A stretch of 64,000 nt of DNA, taken from the NCBI GenBank assembly GCA_965216755.1, contig CBDCGL010000011.1, positions 3,626,963-3,690,962 of the forward strand, given 5' to 3'. Every line of letters starts with the position of its first letter. Within the stretch, counting starts at the first letter, position 1. The notes beneath the pieces were generated by a model that saw nothing but the letters and a program-made list of their open reading frames with translations, ran no database searches and was not told the DNA's origin. Of this stretch, positions 1-11,343 are shown piece by piece. The stretch is from Alphaproteobacteria bacterium (GTDB taxonomy: Bacteria > Pseudomonadota > Alphaproteobacteria > UBA7887). The translations under genes were made by a program, and so were the position numbers.

Positions 1-1218
1 GCCTGCGACTGGGTCATTTTGGTTGATGATGGCGCCAGCGCGGTGTCGCTGCCGGAAGTGCCGTTGCTGGCAGTGCTACCAGGTACGGGTGGCCTGACGC
101 GGCTGGTCGACAAACGCAAAGTGCGTCGTGACCGCGCCGACTTTTTCTGCACCACAGCCGAGGGCTTGCGCGGACAACGGGCGCTAGACTGGGGTCTGGT
201 GGACGAACTGATCAAGCCGTCGGCGTTGCAAGACGGCGCCCGCGCCCGGGCGCAAACACTGGCCGGGACAACCAATTCCGGGCGCATTGGGATAACACTG
301 GATCCGCTAGCCCGCACCGTCACTGACGACCTGTTGCGCTATCCCTTTTTGGAGGTCGCCTTGGATCGGGGCGCGGGCATTGCGACCTTTCGCATTGATG
401 GCCCAGACCCGGCGCCGCCTGCCGATGCAGCCGGGCTGCATGCCCAAGGCGCCGACTGCTGGCCGTTGGCTTTGGCCCGGTCGCTTGACGACGCAATTCT
501 GACCTTGCGCAGCAATCACCCGGACATCGGAACTTGGGTGATCACGACGTCCGGTGATGCCGGCCAAGTCGCCGCCTACGACGATTTCCTGCTCGGTCAC
601 GAGGGGGATTGGCTGGCGCGCGAAATTCGTGATTACTGGAAGCGGGTGCTCAAGCGCTTGGATCTATCGGCACGGAGTCTGATCGCCGTCATCGGCCCAG
701 GGTCGTGTTTTGTCGGCACCTTGCTGGAATTGTCTTTGGCCGCCGACCGCAGTTACATGCTCGATGGGCCGATGAATGATCAATTGCCGCCAATCATCCG
801 AATGACCGCCATGAATGCCGGTCGGTTGCCGATGGCGACCGGCCTCAGTCGCTTGCATACCCGCTTCATCAACGATGCGGATGGGCTGGCGGCGGCGGAG
901 GCGGTGATCGGTCAGGATTTGGACGCCGCGGCGGCGGACGCGGCCGGCCTGGTGACCTTCACGCCCGATGACATCGACTGGGACGACGAAGTCCGACTGG
1001 CGATTGAAGAGCGCGCGAGTTTTTCGCCGGATGCGTTGACCGGCATGGAAGCCAATTTGCGTTTTCCCGGACCTGAGACATTGGAAAGCAAGATTTTCGG
1101 TCGTTTATCGGCATGGCAAAACTGGATTTTCCAGCGCCCCAACGCCGCCGGCGACCAAGGCGCGCTGAAACTCTACGGCACGGGTCAACGCGCCAAGTTT
1201 GACAAAACGAGGACATGA
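1..1218 (+). CDS. boxC: benzoyl-CoA-dihydrodiol lyase (BoxC, crotonase superfamily), 5' end cut by window edge
   Basis: The frame is open from base 1. SLPEVPLLAVLPGTGGLTRLVDKRKVRRD...LRGQRALDWGLVDE resembles BoxC as I remember it. The stop overlaps the boxB start (ATGA). Confidence 0.7.
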   Translation, partial: ACDWVILVDDGASAVSLPEVPLLAVLPGTGGLTRLVDKRKVRRDRADFFCTTAEGLRGQRALDWGLVDELIKPSALQDGARARAQTLAGTTNSGRIGITLDPLARTVTDDLLRYPFLEVALDRGAGIATFRIDGPDPAPPADAAGLHAQGADCWPLALARSLDDAILTLRSNHPDIGTWVITTSGDAGQVAAYDDFLLGHEGDWLAREIRDYWKRVLKRLDLSARSLIAVIGPGSCFVGTLLELSLAADRSYMLDGPMNDQLPPIIRMTAMNAGRLPMATGLSRLHTRFINDADGLAAAEAVIGQDLDAAAADAAGLVTFTPDDIDWDDEVRLAIEERASFSPDALTGMEANLRFPGPETLESKIFGRLSAWQNWIFQRPNAAGDQGALKLYGTGQRAKFDKTRT

Positions 1219-2639
1219 TCGCCATGGCCATCGACTATCAAGAACGGATCCCCAACAACGTCAATTTGGCCGGCAATCGGCGCTTACAGCGGGCTCTGGA
1301 ATCGTGGCAACCTCGATTTCTCGATTGGTGGGCGGAGATGGGGCCGGCCGCTTTTCAGGCCAACGAAATTTATTTGCGCACCGCGGTCAGTGTCGAACCC
1401 GGTGGCTGGGCCAATTTCGGCCATGTCAAGATGCCTGACTATCGATGGGGCATCTTCTTGGCCGATCCGGAACCCGACCGAAAGATCGCGTTCGGCGATC
1501 AAAAAGGCGAACCGGCCTGGCAAGACGTACCCGGCGAACATCGCAGCGCCCTGCGCCGATTGATCGTCACCCAGGGCGACACCGAGCCCGCATCGGTGGA
1601 GCAACAACGCTTGCTGGGGCAAACCTGTCCGTCGCTGTACGATCTGCGCAACCTGTTCCAGGTCAATGTCGAGGAAGGCCGGCATCTGTGGGCGATGGTC
1701 TATTTGCTCGATGCATATTTCGGCCGCGACGGCCGCGAGGAAGCCGAAGCCTTGATCGAACGCCGTTCGGGCGACCCCGATCGGCCGCGCATTTTGGGCG
1801 CCTTCAACGAACGCACGCCTGATTGGTTGGCGTTTTTCATGTTTACCTATTTCACGGATCGCGACGGCAAATACCAACTGGCGTCATTGGCCGAATCGGC
1901 GTTCGATCCGTTGTCGCGCTCTTGTCGCTTCATGCTGACCGAGGAAGCGCACCACATGTTTGTTGGCGAAACCGGGGTCGGTCGTGTCGTGCAACGCGCC
2001 TGTGAACTGATGCGCGAACATAAAACCGACGACGTGCGCGCCCATGGCGGTATCGATTTGGCGACGCTGCAACGTTACATCAATTTCCATTACAGCGTAT
2101 CCGCGGATCTATTTGGCAGCGAACAATCGACCAACGCCGCGACCTATTACACGACCGGGCTCAAGGGGCGTTATCAAGAGACCAAAATCGATGACGATCA
2201 TCAGCTGAACCAGGATCATTACCGCGTGCCGATCTGCGACGACGGCGAAGTCAATGCGATCGACGCGCCGGCACTCAATGCGCTCAATGAACGCTTGCGT
2301 GACGACTATCGTGTTGATTGCCAACGCGGCGTCGACCGTTGGAACAAAATCATCGCCGATCACGGCGTTGATATGATGTTGCGCCTGCCGCATGTCGCGT
2401 TTCACCGGCGTATCGGCACGTTTGCCGGGCACCATTTCACCCCTGATGGCCGCGCAGTCAACGCCGAGACGTGGCAGCGCGAGCAAAGCCGCTGGCTACC
2501 CTCCGACGCGGATCGCGCCTTTATTGCCAGCCTTATGAAACCCGTCACCGTGCCGGGACAAATGGCGCAATGGATCGCGCCGCCGGCACGCGGCATCAAT
2601 GGCCAACCGCTGGATTTCGAGTATGTGCGCTCGACGTAA
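1215..2639 (+). CDS. boxB: benzoyl-CoA 2,3-epoxidase (oxygenase) component B
   Basis: 474 aa. The N-terminus YQERIPNNVNLAGNRRLQRALESWQPRFLDWW...YLRTAVSVEPGGWANFGHVKMPDYRWGIFLA is typical of the diiron protein BoxB, and the gene is coupled to boxC. Confidence 0.8.
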   Translation: MIAMAIDYQERIPNNVNLAGNRRLQRALESWQPRFLDWWAEMGPAAFQANEIYLRTAVSVEPGGWANFGHVKMPDYRWGIFLADPEPDRKIAFGDQKGEPAWQDVPGEHRSALRRLIVTQGDTEPASVEQQRLLGQTCPSLYDLRNLFQVNVEEGRHLWAMVYLLDAYFGRDGREEAEALIERRSGDPDRPRILGAFNERTPDWLAFFMFTYFTDRDGKYQLASLAESAFDPLSRSCRFMLTEEAHHMFVGETGVGRVVQRACELMREHKTDDVRAHGGIDLATLQRYINFHYSVSADLFGSEQSTNAATYYTTGLKGRYQETKIDDDHQLNQDHYRVPICDDGEVNAIDAPALNALNERLRDDYRVDCQRGVDRWNKIIADHGVDMMLRLPHVAFHRRIGTFAGHHFTPDGRAVNAETWQREQSRWLPSDADRAFIASLMKPVTVPGQMAQWIAPPARGINGQPLDFEYVRST

Positions 2640-2663
2640 GGTGGCGGCGCGGGAGCGGCGGTT

Positions 2664-3371
2664 ATGTCCGATCTCGGCACCGCGCTCGCCCTCGCGGTCG
2701 GCCTGATTGCGGCCGGCGACGCGGCTCTCGCCGAGATTGTCGCGCGTTCGCTGTATGTTAGCCTGACGGCGACGGTACTTGCGGCGGCCATTGCCCTGCC
2801 GCTCAGTGCGCTGATTGCGGTCTATCGGTTTCCCGGCCGGCGCGCCGTGATCGTCTTGTTCAGCGCGCTGATGGGTCTGCCGCCGGTCTTTGTCGGCCTG
2901 CTTGCTTATTTGCTGTTGTCGCGCGCCGGTCCACTCGGGTTTCTCGGACTGCTCTATACGCCGACCGCGATGATCCTGGCCCAAGCGGCCCTGGTCTTGC
3001 CGATTGTGCTAACCATCGCCCACCGTTCGCTGCGCGACCTGTATGAAGACTATATGGAGCAACTATGTTCCTTGGGTGCGCGGCCATGGCAAATGATTGC
3101 CACCCTATTGTGGGACGGACGCGGGCGCTTGGCGACAGCCGTGATGGCGGGCTTTGGGCGCGCCACGGCGGAAGTTGGGGCGGTGCTGATCGTCGGTGGC
3201 AACATCGCCCATGTGACCCGGGTCATGACCACGACCATCGCGCTGGAAACCAGCAAGGGCAATCTGGCTCTGGCCTTGGCGCTCGGCATCATCTTGGTGG
3301 CGATTGCCTTGGCGGTTAACGCGGCCGTCGCGCTGATGCGCGTGCCTCGACGCGCGCGTCGGCACGCCTGA
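2664..3371 (+). CDS. ABC transporter permease (tungstate/molybdate TupB-like)
   Basis: 235-aa polytopic membrane protein immediately followed by an ABC ATPase and a TupA-type binding protein. Confidence 0.7.
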   Translation: MSDLGTALALAVGLIAAGDAALAEIVARSLYVSLTATVLAAAIALPLSALIAVYRFPGRRAVIVLFSALMGLPPVFVGLLAYLLLSRAGPLGFLGLLYTPTAMILAQAALVLPIVLTIAHRSLRDLYEDYMEQLCSLGARPWQMIATLLWDGRGRLATAVMAGFGRATAEVGAVLIVGGNIAHVTRVMTTTIALETSKGNLALALALGIILVAIALAVNAAVALMRVPRRARRHA

Positions 3372-3374
3372 AAC

Positions 3375-4088
3375 ATGGCCATTCTGCCCCTGAGCCTAGA
3401 AGCGGTGAGCTACCGCTTGGACGGCCGAACGCTGATCGACGCGGTGACTTTAACCATCGACGCCGGCCCAAAAACCATGGTTTTGGGCCATAACGGTGCC
3501 GGCAAAAGTTTGTTGATGCGTCTCTGTCATGGATTAATTGGCCCCAGTGCCGGGACCCTACGCTGGCAAGGCCCCGATGGCGCTGCCGCGCGGCGCCGGC
3601 AGGCCATGGTGTTCCAGCAGCCGACCATGTTGCGCCGTTCGGTCCGCGCCAATGTCGCCTACGGCATGAAACTGCGTGGATTGCCACGCGCCCAACGCGC
3701 CACGCGGACCGCCGCCGTGCTGACTCGCACCGGCTTGCTCGACCGCGCTGATCAAGCCGCCACCAGCCTGTCTGGTGGCGAACGCCAACGCCTGGCCTTG
3801 GCGCGCGTTTGGGCACTGCAGCCCGAGGTGCTGTTTCTCGACGAGCCCAGTGCCAATTTGGATCCCGGTGCGACCGCGGCGGTTGAAGCCATCATCGAGG
3901 AAATCCATCGCGCCGGCACGAAAATCATCATGACCACGCACGATGTGGGCCAAGCGCGACGATTGGCCGACGAAGTGCTTTTTTTACACAAGGGACAGAT
4001 CGTTGAGCGCGCTACCGCCACAGACTTTTTCGCCGGGCCGGCATCTGAGCCGGCGCGCGCGTTTCTCGAGGGTCGATTGCTATGGTGA
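3375..4088 (+). CDS. ABC transporter ATP-binding protein
   Basis: Walker A GHNGAGKS, ABC signature LSGGERQR, Walker B LFLDEP. Confidence 0.9.
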   Translation: MAILPLSLEAVSYRLDGRTLIDAVTLTIDAGPKTMVLGHNGAGKSLLMRLCHGLIGPSAGTLRWQGPDGAAARRRQAMVFQQPTMLRRSVRANVAYGMKLRGLPRAQRATRTAAVLTRTGLLDRADQAATSLSGGERQRLALARVWALQPEVLFLDEPSANLDPGATAAVEAIIEEIHRAGTKIIMTTHDVGQARRLADEVLFLHKGQIVERATATDFFAGPASEPARAFLEGRLLW

Positions 4089-4921
4089 GGATGTCGGCGC
4101 GCGTTTTTGCTTGGTTGGCGCTTTTTACCATGGTTCCCACGGTTGACGCCGGACATGCACAAGATGACTTCATCGTCGTTGCGTCAACCACATCGACCGA
4201 GAATTCCGGGTTGTTTGAGCGTATCGTGCCGATATACGTGGCTGCAACGGGCATTGACGTGCGCGTGGTCGCGGTCGGCACCGGCCAGGCGCTGCGCATC
4301 GCGCGCAATGGCGATGCCGACGTGCTGTTGGTCCACCACACATCGTCGGAAGAACAATTCGTGGCCGACGGTTTCGGCGTCGCGCGTTATGATTTGATGT
4401 ATAACGATTTCGTCATTGTTGGGCCGCGCGATGATCCGGCCGCGATTGCCGGGACTGCGGATGCGGCGGCCGCTCTGGCCAAAGTCGCCGCGGCTCAAGT
4501 CACCTTTGTCTCGCGTGGCGATGACAGCGGCACCCACAAGAAAGAACTGCGTTTGTGGCGGGCTGCGTCCGTCGATGCGGCCGCGGCCAGCGGTACATGG
4601 TACCGCGAGCTTGGCACCGGTATGGGGGCGACGCTGAACACCGCCGCCGCCATGGCCGCCTATGCCTTGACCGACCGGGCCACTTGGACGAACTTCCAAA
4701 ACCGCGACGACATGGCGATCTTGGTCGAGGGCGACCTGGCGTTGTTCAATCAATATGGCGTGATTTTGGTCAACCCGGCGCGCCACCCCCACGTCAAGGC
4801 CGAACACGGCCAGGCGTTCATCGACTGGCTGCTGTCCACAGATGGCCAAAACGCGATCGGCGCGTTTCGTGTCGACGGTCAGCAAGTGTTTTTTCCCAAC
4901 GCCGCGGTGGACCACGAGTGA
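4082..4921 (+). CDS. periplasmic oxoanion (tungstate-type) substrate-binding protein
   Basis: Signal peptide present. The VASTTSTENSGL motif is characteristic of TupA-like binding proteins. The start overlaps the ATPase stop. Confidence 0.7.
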   Translation: MVRMSARVFAWLALFTMVPTVDAGHAQDDFIVVASTTSTENSGLFERIVPIYVAATGIDVRVVAVGTGQALRIARNGDADVLLVHHTSSEEQFVADGFGVARYDLMYNDFVIVGPRDDPAAIAGTADAAAALAKVAAAQVTFVSRGDDSGTHKKELRLWRAASVDAAAASGTWYRELGTGMGATLNTAAAMAAYALTDRATWTNFQNRDDMAILVEGDLALFNQYGVILVNPARHPHVKAEHGQAFIDWLLSTDGQNAIGAFRVDGQQVFFPNAAVDHE

Positions 4922-5715
4922 GGATCGAAACCGTCGCGGCTGGCGGCCACGATGTTGCCGTTGCGTTTCATGGCCCGAAAGCGGATGCCGCGCCAACGCT
5001 GGTCTTTTTGCACGAAGGGTTGGGCAGCATTGGCCAATGGCGCGACGTGCCGCACAAGCTCGCGGTGTCCACCGGTTGCGGCGCCCTGGTTTATGACCGT
5101 TGGGGCTATGGCATGTCCGCGCCTTTGCCGCCGCCTTATGCACGGCCGGCGGATTTCATGCAACGGGAGGCACGCGGCGCCTTACCCGATCTGTTGTCCC
5201 ATTTCGGTGTTCGCGACGCCGTGCTGATCGGCCACAGCGACGGCGGCACCATCGCCCTGATTGCGGCCGCCGGCAGCGACGCCCGTATTGCCGGCGTGAT
5301 CGCGATCGCGGCCCACAGTTTCGTCGAACCGATTTCGATTGAAAGCATTCAGACCATTGGTGAACGTTGGCAAACAAGCGATTTGCGCGCCAAACTGGCA
5401 CGTTTTCACGGCGACAGGGTCGACGGTGCCTTTCTCGGCTGGGCGCGCACCTGGTTGGATCCCGAATTTCGCGATTTTGACATCCGGCCCTTGCTCGGCA
5501 AGATCGGTTGTCCGGTATTGGCCATGCAGGGAACCGACGATGCCTATGGCACTGCCGCCCAGATTTCAGCGATCGCCGACAATGTCTCCGGCCCGGTGCA
5601 GACGTTGATGATCGCAGATTGTGGTCATGCGCCGCACCACGAAGCGCCAGATCAAGTACAATCGGCGATGGTCGCGTTCATCCGAATGTGCGCGAATCGG
5701 CCCCGTTCGAAGTAA
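4918..5715 (+). CDS. alpha/beta hydrolase
   Basis: The in-frame GTG at 4918 overlaps the preceding stop. LVFLHEGLGS oxyanion region and GHSDGG nucleophile elbow. The long upstream part of ORF 4555..5715 is Arg-rich out-of-context sequence. Confidence 0.75.
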   Translation: MRIETVAAGGHDVAVAFHGPKADAAPTLVFLHEGLGSIGQWRDVPHKLAVSTGCGALVYDRWGYGMSAPLPPPYARPADFMQREARGALPDLLSHFGVRDAVLIGHSDGGTIALIAAAGSDARIAGVIAIAAHSFVEPISIESIQTIGERWQTSDLRAKLARFHGDRVDGAFLGWARTWLDPEFRDFDIRPLLGKIGCPVLAMQGTDDAYGTAAQISAIADNVSGPVQTLMIADCGHAPHHEAPDQVQSAMVAFIRMCANRPRSK

Positions 5716-5821
5716 CGCGATTGCGCCAGGGGGTCGACAGACGCGGCCACGATTGGTATCAGCAAGCGCGCCCGCCGCGCCGCGATTTTCCGATTTTGTT
5801 TCTGACTAAAGGAGATGGACC

Positions 5822-8503
5822 GTGACCGCATTTGGTCGTGACAGCCTGAACCTGCGCCGCACGCTGACCGTCAACGGACGTGACTATGATTATTTCAGCA
5901 TAACCGAGGCTTCCAAGGCCGGCCTGGGGGACGTGGCGCGGTTGCCCTTCTCCTTGAAGGTGTTATTGGAAAACTTGCTCCGCTATGAAGATGGTCAGTC
6001 GGTGACGCCGGACGACGCCCGGGCGGTGGCGGCATGGCTCAAGGAGCGTCGCTCCGATCGCGAGATCGCCTACCGACCGGCGCGCGTGTTGATGCAGGAT
6101 TTTACCGGCGTGCCGGCCGTCGTCGACTTGGCGGCGATGCGCGACGCGATGGTCGCGCTTGGCGGCGATCCCAAGCGGATCAATCCTTTGTCACCGGCCG
6201 ACCTGGTTATCGACCATTCGGTGCAGGTAGATAGCTTTGGCTCCGCCGACGCCTTCAAATCCAATGTGGATTTGGAAATGGGCCGCAATGGCGAGCGCTA
6301 TGCCTTCCTGCGTTGGGGCCAACATGCCTTCGATAATTTCCGGGTCGTGCCGCCAGGCACCGGCATATGCCACCAAGTCAATCTCGAACATCTGGCTCAG
6401 ACCGTGTGGACCGCCGATGACGATGGGCGCACCGTGGCCTACCCGGACACGCTGGTCGGTACTGATAGCCACACCACCATGGTCAACGGTCTTTCGGTGT
6501 TGGGCTGGGGCGTCGGCGGCATCGAAGCGGAGGCCGCCATGCTCGGCCAGCCGATTTCCATGCTGATTCCGGAAGTCATTGGGGTGCGCCTGACCGGCGC
6601 CGTGCCCGAAGGCACGACGGCGACGGATTTGGTGCTGACCGTCACCGAAATGCTGCGCGCCGAGGGCGTGGTCGGCAAGTTCGTCGAGTTTTTTGGCGAT
6701 GGCCTTGGTCATCTGCCGCTCGCCGATCGCGCGACAATCGCCAATATGGCGCCCGAATATGGCGCGACTTGCGGATTCTTCCCGGTCGATGCTGAGACGA
6801 TCCGTTTTCTCGAATTCACCGGCCGTGCACCGGAACGGGTCGCCCTGGTCGAAGCCTACGCCCGCGCCCAAGGCTTGTGGCGTGACGCCGATGCACCCGA
6901 TCCGCTGTTTACCAAGACCTTGTCGCTTGACATGGCAACGGTCGAGCCCAGCTTGGCGGGGCCGAAGCGGCCGCAGGATCGCATTGCGTTATCGGGTGCG
7001 GCTGACGCGTTCGGCAAACTGTTGGCGGATGGGTACGGACGCTCAGCCGGCAAACGGGTGCCGGTCGACGGCGCGGGCCACGACTTGGGCGATGGCGACG
7101 TCGTTATTGCGGCGATCACCAGTTGTACCAACACATCGAATCCAAGTGTCATGGTCGCGGCCGGATTGGTGGCGCGCAACGCCCTGGCGCGCGGCTTGAA
7201 GGTCAGGCCGTGGGTGAAAACCTCGTTGGCGCCGGGATCGAAAGTGGTGACCGACTACTTGGCGGCCGCCGACCTGCAAAAAGATCTCGACGCGCTCGGC
7301 TTCAATTTGGTCGGCTATGGCTGTACCACGTGTATTGGCAATTCGGGGCCGCTGCCAGGGCCGATCGGCGAAGCGATCACCAATGGCGATTTGGTCGCGG
7401 CGTCGGTGCTGTCGGGCAATCGCAACTTCGAAGGCCGTGTTCACCAGTTGGTGCGCGCCAATTATCTCGCCTCGCCGCCACTGGTCGTGGCCTATGCGCT
7501 GGCCGGATCCCTGCAGGTTGACTTACGCAAAGACCCGATCGGCACGGGAACCGACGGCCAGGACGTTTATCTGAAGGATATCTGGCCGTCGAATGCCGAT
7601 GTACAGGCGGCGCTTGGGGCGGCGGTCAAGCCGGCCATGTTCGCCACCCAATATGCCAATGTTTCCGAAGGCGATGACGCATGGCGGGCGATTGCGGTGC
7701 CGACCGGTGATACTTATGCCTGGCCCGAGTCGACCTATGTCCGCAACCCGCCTTATTTTGCGCAAATGAGCCGTGACATCGGCGCCGTCACCGATATCGA
7801 AGGTGCGCGCATATTGGCGTTGCTAGGCGACAGCGTGACGACCGACCATATTTCACCTGCCGGATCGATCCCGAAAGACACCCCGGCGGGGCAATATCTG
7901 ATTGCCCAAGGCGTCGCTCCGGCCGATTTCAACAGCTTCGGCGCGCGCCGTGGCAATCACGAAGTGATGATGCGCGGCACTTTCGCCAATATCCGCTTGC
8001 GCAACGAGTTGGCGCCGGGCACCGAAGGCGGTTGGACACGCCACATGCCCGCCGGCGAACAAATGTCGATTTACGACGCGGCAATGCAATATGCCGACGA
8101 AGGTGTGCCGTTGGTGGTGATTGCCGGCAAGGAATACGGCACCGGGTCATCGCGGGACTGGGCCGCCAAGGGCACCAATCTGCTCGGCATTCGGGCGGTA
8201 ATCGTGGAGAGTTTCGAGCGGATCCACCGGTCCAACTTGGTCGGCATGGGCGTCTTGCCCCTGCAGTTCGCTGCCGGCACGTCGCGCAAGACTTTGGCCC
8301 TCGACGGCACGGAAACGCTCAGCCTGACCGGCTTGTCACGGGATCTTGAACCGCGCGCCACCTTGACCTGCCGGATCGATCGCGCCGATGGCCGCCAAGA
8401 GCTCGTACCCTTGACCTGTCGCATCGATACCGAGGACGAGTTGAGCTATTATAAGAACGGCGGAATTCTTCACTATGTCCTGCGCAACCTGGCGGCGGTA
8501 TGA
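5822..8503 (+). CDS. acnA: aconitate hydratase A
   Basis: 893 aa with [17 protein letters not shown] and CTTCIGNSG Fe-S cluster ligand motifs; overall AcnA/IRP architecture. Confidence 0.95.
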   Translation: MTAFGRDSLNLRRTLTVNGRDYDYFSITEASKAGLGDVARLPFSLKVLLENLLRYEDGQSVTPDDARAVAAWLKERRSDREIAYRPARVLMQDFTGVPAVVDLAAMRDAMVALGGDPKRINPLSPADLVIDHSVQVDSFGSADAFKSNVDLEMGRNGERYAFLRWGQHAFDNFRVVPPGTGICHQVNLEHLAQTVWTADDDGRTVAYPDTLVGTDSHTTMVNGLSVLGWGVGGIEAEAAMLGQPISMLIPEVIGVRLTGAVPEGTTATDLVLTVTEMLRAEGVVGKFVEFFGDGLGHLPLADRATIANMAPEYGATCGFFPVDAETIRFLEFTGRAPERVALVEAYARAQGLWRDADAPDPLFTKTLSLDMATVEPSLAGPKRPQDRIALSGAADAFGKLLADGYGRSAGKRVPVDGAGHDLGDGDVVIAAITSCTNTSNPSVMVAAGLVARNALARGLKVRPWVKTSLAPGSKVVTDYLAAADLQKDLDALGFNLVGYGCTTCIGNSGPLPGPIGEAITNGDLVAASVLSGNRNFEGRVHQLVRANYLASPPLVVAYALAGSLQVDLRKDPIGTGTDGQDVYLKDIWPSNADVQAALGAAVKPAMFATQYANVSEGDDAWRAIAVPTGDTYAWPESTYVRNPPYFAQMSRDIGAVTDIEGARILALLGDSVTTDHISPAGSIPKDTPAGQYLIAQGVAPADFNSFGARRGNHEVMMRGTFANIRLRNELAPGTEGGWTRHMPAGEQMSIYDAAMQYADEGVPLVVIAGKEYGTGSSRDWAAKGTNLLGIRAVIVESFERIHRSNLVGMGVLPLQFAAGTSRKTLALDGTETLSLTGLSRDLEPRATLTCRIDRADGRQELVPLTCRIDTEDELSYYKNGGILHYVLRNLAAV

Positions 8504-8628
8504 CCGACCGGCCGCCAAGGCGGTGAACGGCGCTCTGGTCCGTTCACGCGCGCCTCAATCAGAAGTGATTGGCCGCTGCGTCTGACGATGCCTACGTTTT
8601 AGAACCGACCTGGGCGAAGTAGGCGAGC

Positions 8629-9357
8629 ATGAAACGGTACATTTATATCGCTGCACTATCCATAGGGCTTGTCTGGCCGTTGGCGACCGCCGGCGCCGGC
8701 GACACGCCCATTTTGGTGGAGATGTTCACGTCAGAGGGTTGTTCCTCATGCCCACCAGCCGACCGGTTCGCGGGCGAGCTGCGGCAGCGCGACGACGTTG
8801 TGGTGTTGAGCTTTCACGTCAACTATTGGGACTATATCGGCTGGGCCGACCGGTTCGCGACCGATGAGACCACCAATCGCCAACACGCTTACGCGCGTGC
8901 CCTGGGGCAGACCCATGTCTATACGCCGCAGGCCGTGATCCATGGTACGACGCACAAGGTCGGTTCGGATCACGGCGCGGTCAATGCCGCGATCCGCGCC
9001 GCCGCGCTGGGTCAAAGCCCGCAGCCCTCAATCGCCTTTGAACAAATCCATCGGTCGACGGTGCGGATCAGCATTGGTGACGCGCCCACAGACGAACCGG
9101 CGGAGGTTTTCCTGGTCGGTTTCGCGAGTGAGGGGGAAAGCGAGGTCAGACGCGGCGAAAACGCGGGCCGCACCCTGAAAACCTACAATGTGGTGCACGA
9201 TATCCGCCGGCTGGGAACCTGGTCCGGCGCCGCCACGGTGTTTGATTTGGCGGCCACCGAAATCATGGCTGACGGCAGCGACAATTGCGCGGTCATTGTG
9301 CAGGCGCGCGGCAACGGTCCGGTTTTCGCGGTCGCCGCATTCGAGATGGCCAAATAA
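8629..9357 (+). CDS. DUF1223-family secreted thioredoxin-like protein
   Basis: Signal peptide, FTSEGCSSCPPAD motif, about 240 aa. Confidence 0.7.
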   Translation: MKRYIYIAALSIGLVWPLATAGAGDTPILVEMFTSEGCSSCPPADRFAGELRQRDDVVVLSFHVNYWDYIGWADRFATDETTNRQHAYARALGQTHVYTPQAVIHGTTHKVGSDHGAVNAAIRAAALGQSPQPSIAFEQIHRSTVRISIGDAPTDEPAEVFLVGFASEGESEVRRGENAGRTLKTYNVVHDIRRLGTWSGAATVFDLAATEIMADGSDNCAVIVQARGNGPVFAVAAFEMAK

Positions 9358-9379
9358 ACGGTTATTGCCGGTTGTTGCG

Positions 9380-11257
9380 TTAACCGACCGCGATTCCTTT
9401 TTCCATCATTGTTGTCATGCGTTTGGAAAACGCCGCTGGGTCGGGGATCGTGTCGCCTTCGATGATGCGCGCTTGGTCCAACAGCAACCAGGCAGCATCG
9501 TCGATAAGTGAATCCGCCGGGTGGTCCTTGGCCCGCGCCACCAATGCCCTGATCAGTCCGTTTTTCGGATTGACCTCCAGAATACGTTGCGACACGCCGT
9601 GCATTTGATCGTGTTGGCGCAACATCCGTTCAAGATGCATATCCAGGCCGGTTTCATCCGCGACCAGACAGACGGCACTGTCGGTCAGTCGGCGCGAGAC
9701 TCGGACGTCTTTGACCGCTTCGCCGAGGGCTGTCTTGAGGCGCGCGATCAACAGGCCAACATCGGCCTGCGCCGGTGATTCGCCGTCGTCTTTGGTTTCG
9801 GCCGGCCCACAGGGTGCGTCGATCTTGTCCAAGTCGATATCGCCGCGGGTCACCGATTTAAACGGTTTGTCGGCGAAACTGTCGACGCGTGACAGCCAAA
9901 ACTCATCGACCGGATCGGTCAGCAGCAACACTTCGACTCCGCGGGCAACCAAGCCTTCGATCTGTGGCGAATTGCGCAATTGTTGCTCGGCGTCGCCCGC
10001 GACATAGTAGATCGCGTCTTGCCCGGGACGCATCCGCCCGACATAGTCGTCCAACGTAACCAGGTCGTCGCCATGGGTCGATTGGCATCGCAACAATGCC
10101 AAGAGCTGTTCGCGCGCGCCGTCTTCCTCGTACAGGCCTTCTTTGATCACCGCGCCGAAATTGTCCCAGAAGGTGGCGAACGCTTCTGGTTCCTTGTCGG
10201 CTTTCTTTTTCAATTCATTGAGCACACGTTTGACGAGTGCGGCGCGAATCTTGGCAACGATCGGATTGTGCTGCAGCATCTCGCGACTGATGTTGAGCGG
10301 CAGATCTTCGGAATCGACAATGCCGGTCACGAAGCGTAGCCAGCTCGGCATCAGGTCTTTGCAGTCGTCGGTAATAAACACCCGGCGCACGTAAAGCTTC
10401 ACGCGGTGTTTGCGCTCCGGCTGGAACAGGTCGAACGGCCGCGTGGACGGTACGAACAGAAGCGACGCATATTCCAGCCGCCCTTCGGCCTTCATGTGCA
10501 CGGTCAGCCACGGATCATCGAATGCGTGCGCCACGTGATGGTAGAACTCTTTGTATTGTTCTTCGCTGATCTCGTTCTTGGGGCGCGTCCACAGGGCCGA
10601 TGCGGTGTTGATGGTGTCTTCCTTGCCGTCTTCCGCCAGCAAGATCGGCAGGGCGATATGGTCGGAATAGGTCTTGACGATCTGCCGCAGTCGCGCGGTC
10701 TCCAGAAACTCGCTTTCGCCCTTGCGCAAATGCAGGACCACTTCCGTGCCGCGACGTTCGCGTGGCACCTCGTCGATGGTGTATTCGCCCGTGCCGGCCG
10801 AGCGCCATTGCCACGCTGTATCCGCGCCGGCTTTCGCCGTGGTTACGGTCACATCATCGGCGACCATGAAAGATGAATAAAATCCAACACCGAACTGGCC
10901 AATCAGCGTCGCGTCTTTGGCCTGGTCGCCGGTCATCTGGTCGACGAATGCGGCGGTCCCCGAGCGCGCGATGGTGCCTAAATTCTCGACCAGGTCGTCG
11001 CGATTCATGCCTATGCCATTATCGGTGACGCTGATGGTGCGTTTTTTTGCGTCGACGGCGATGGTGACTTTGAGATTGGGGTCGTCAACCAGCAACTCCG
11101 GCTGTGTCAGACCGGCATAGCGCAACCGGTCGCAGGCGTCGGATGCGTTGGAAATCAGTTCACGCAGGAAAATATCTTTGTGACTGTAAAGCGCGTTGAC
11201 CATGAGGTTGAGCAGCTTGCTGACCTCGGCCTCAAACGCGCGCGTTTCAGCGCCCAT
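9380..11257 (-). CDS. htpG: molecular chaperone HtpG (Hsp90)
   Basis: FEAEVSKLLNLMVNALYSHKDIFLRELISNASDA and GQFGVGFYS motifs. Start set at the internal ATG (11257), because the upstream 38 codons of the ORF are Arg-rich and not Hsp90-like. Confidence 0.95.
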   Translation of the reverse strand: MGAETRAFEAEVSKLLNLMVNALYSHKDIFLRELISNASDACDRLRYAGLTQPELLVDDPNLKVTIAVDAKKRTISVTDNGIGMNRDDLVENLGTIARSGTAAFVDQMTGDQAKDATLIGQFGVGFYSSFMVADDVTVTTAKAGADTAWQWRSAGTGEYTIDEVPRERRGTEVVLHLRKGESEFLETARLRQIVKTYSDHIALPILLAEDGKEDTINTASALWTRPKNEISEEQYKEFYHHVAHAFDDPWLTVHMKAEGRLEYASLLFVPSTRPFDLFQPERKHRVKLYVRRVFITDDCKDLMPSWLRFVTGIVDSEDLPLNISREMLQHNPIVAKIRAALVKRVLNELKKKADKEPEAFATFWDNFGAVIKEGLYEEDGAREQLLALLRCQSTHGDDLVTLDDYVGRMRPGQDAIYYVAGDAEQQLRNSPQIEGLVARGVEVLLLTDPVDEFWLSRVDSFADKPFKSVTRGDIDLDKIDAPCGPAETKDDGESPAQADVGLLIARLKTALGEAVKDVRVSRRLTDSAVCLVADETGLDMHLERMLRQHDQMHGVSQRILEVNPKNGLIRALVARAKDHPADSLIDDAAWLLLDQARIIEGDTIPDPAAFSKRMTTMMEKGIAVG

Positions 11258-11343
11258 TGTGTCCCGTCCCCTTCGTTTCATCCGATCTTCGAGCCGCGCG
11301 CGGCCCCGCACGGTGCGTGCGCGCGCGACCGTCCCCGCGCTCG

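Noticed and set aside
4184-5143. 319-aa minus-strand ORF opposite the TupA-like binding protein and hydrolase
   Set aside because: Shadow ORF with Arg-rich composition; it contradicts two well-supported plus-strand genes.
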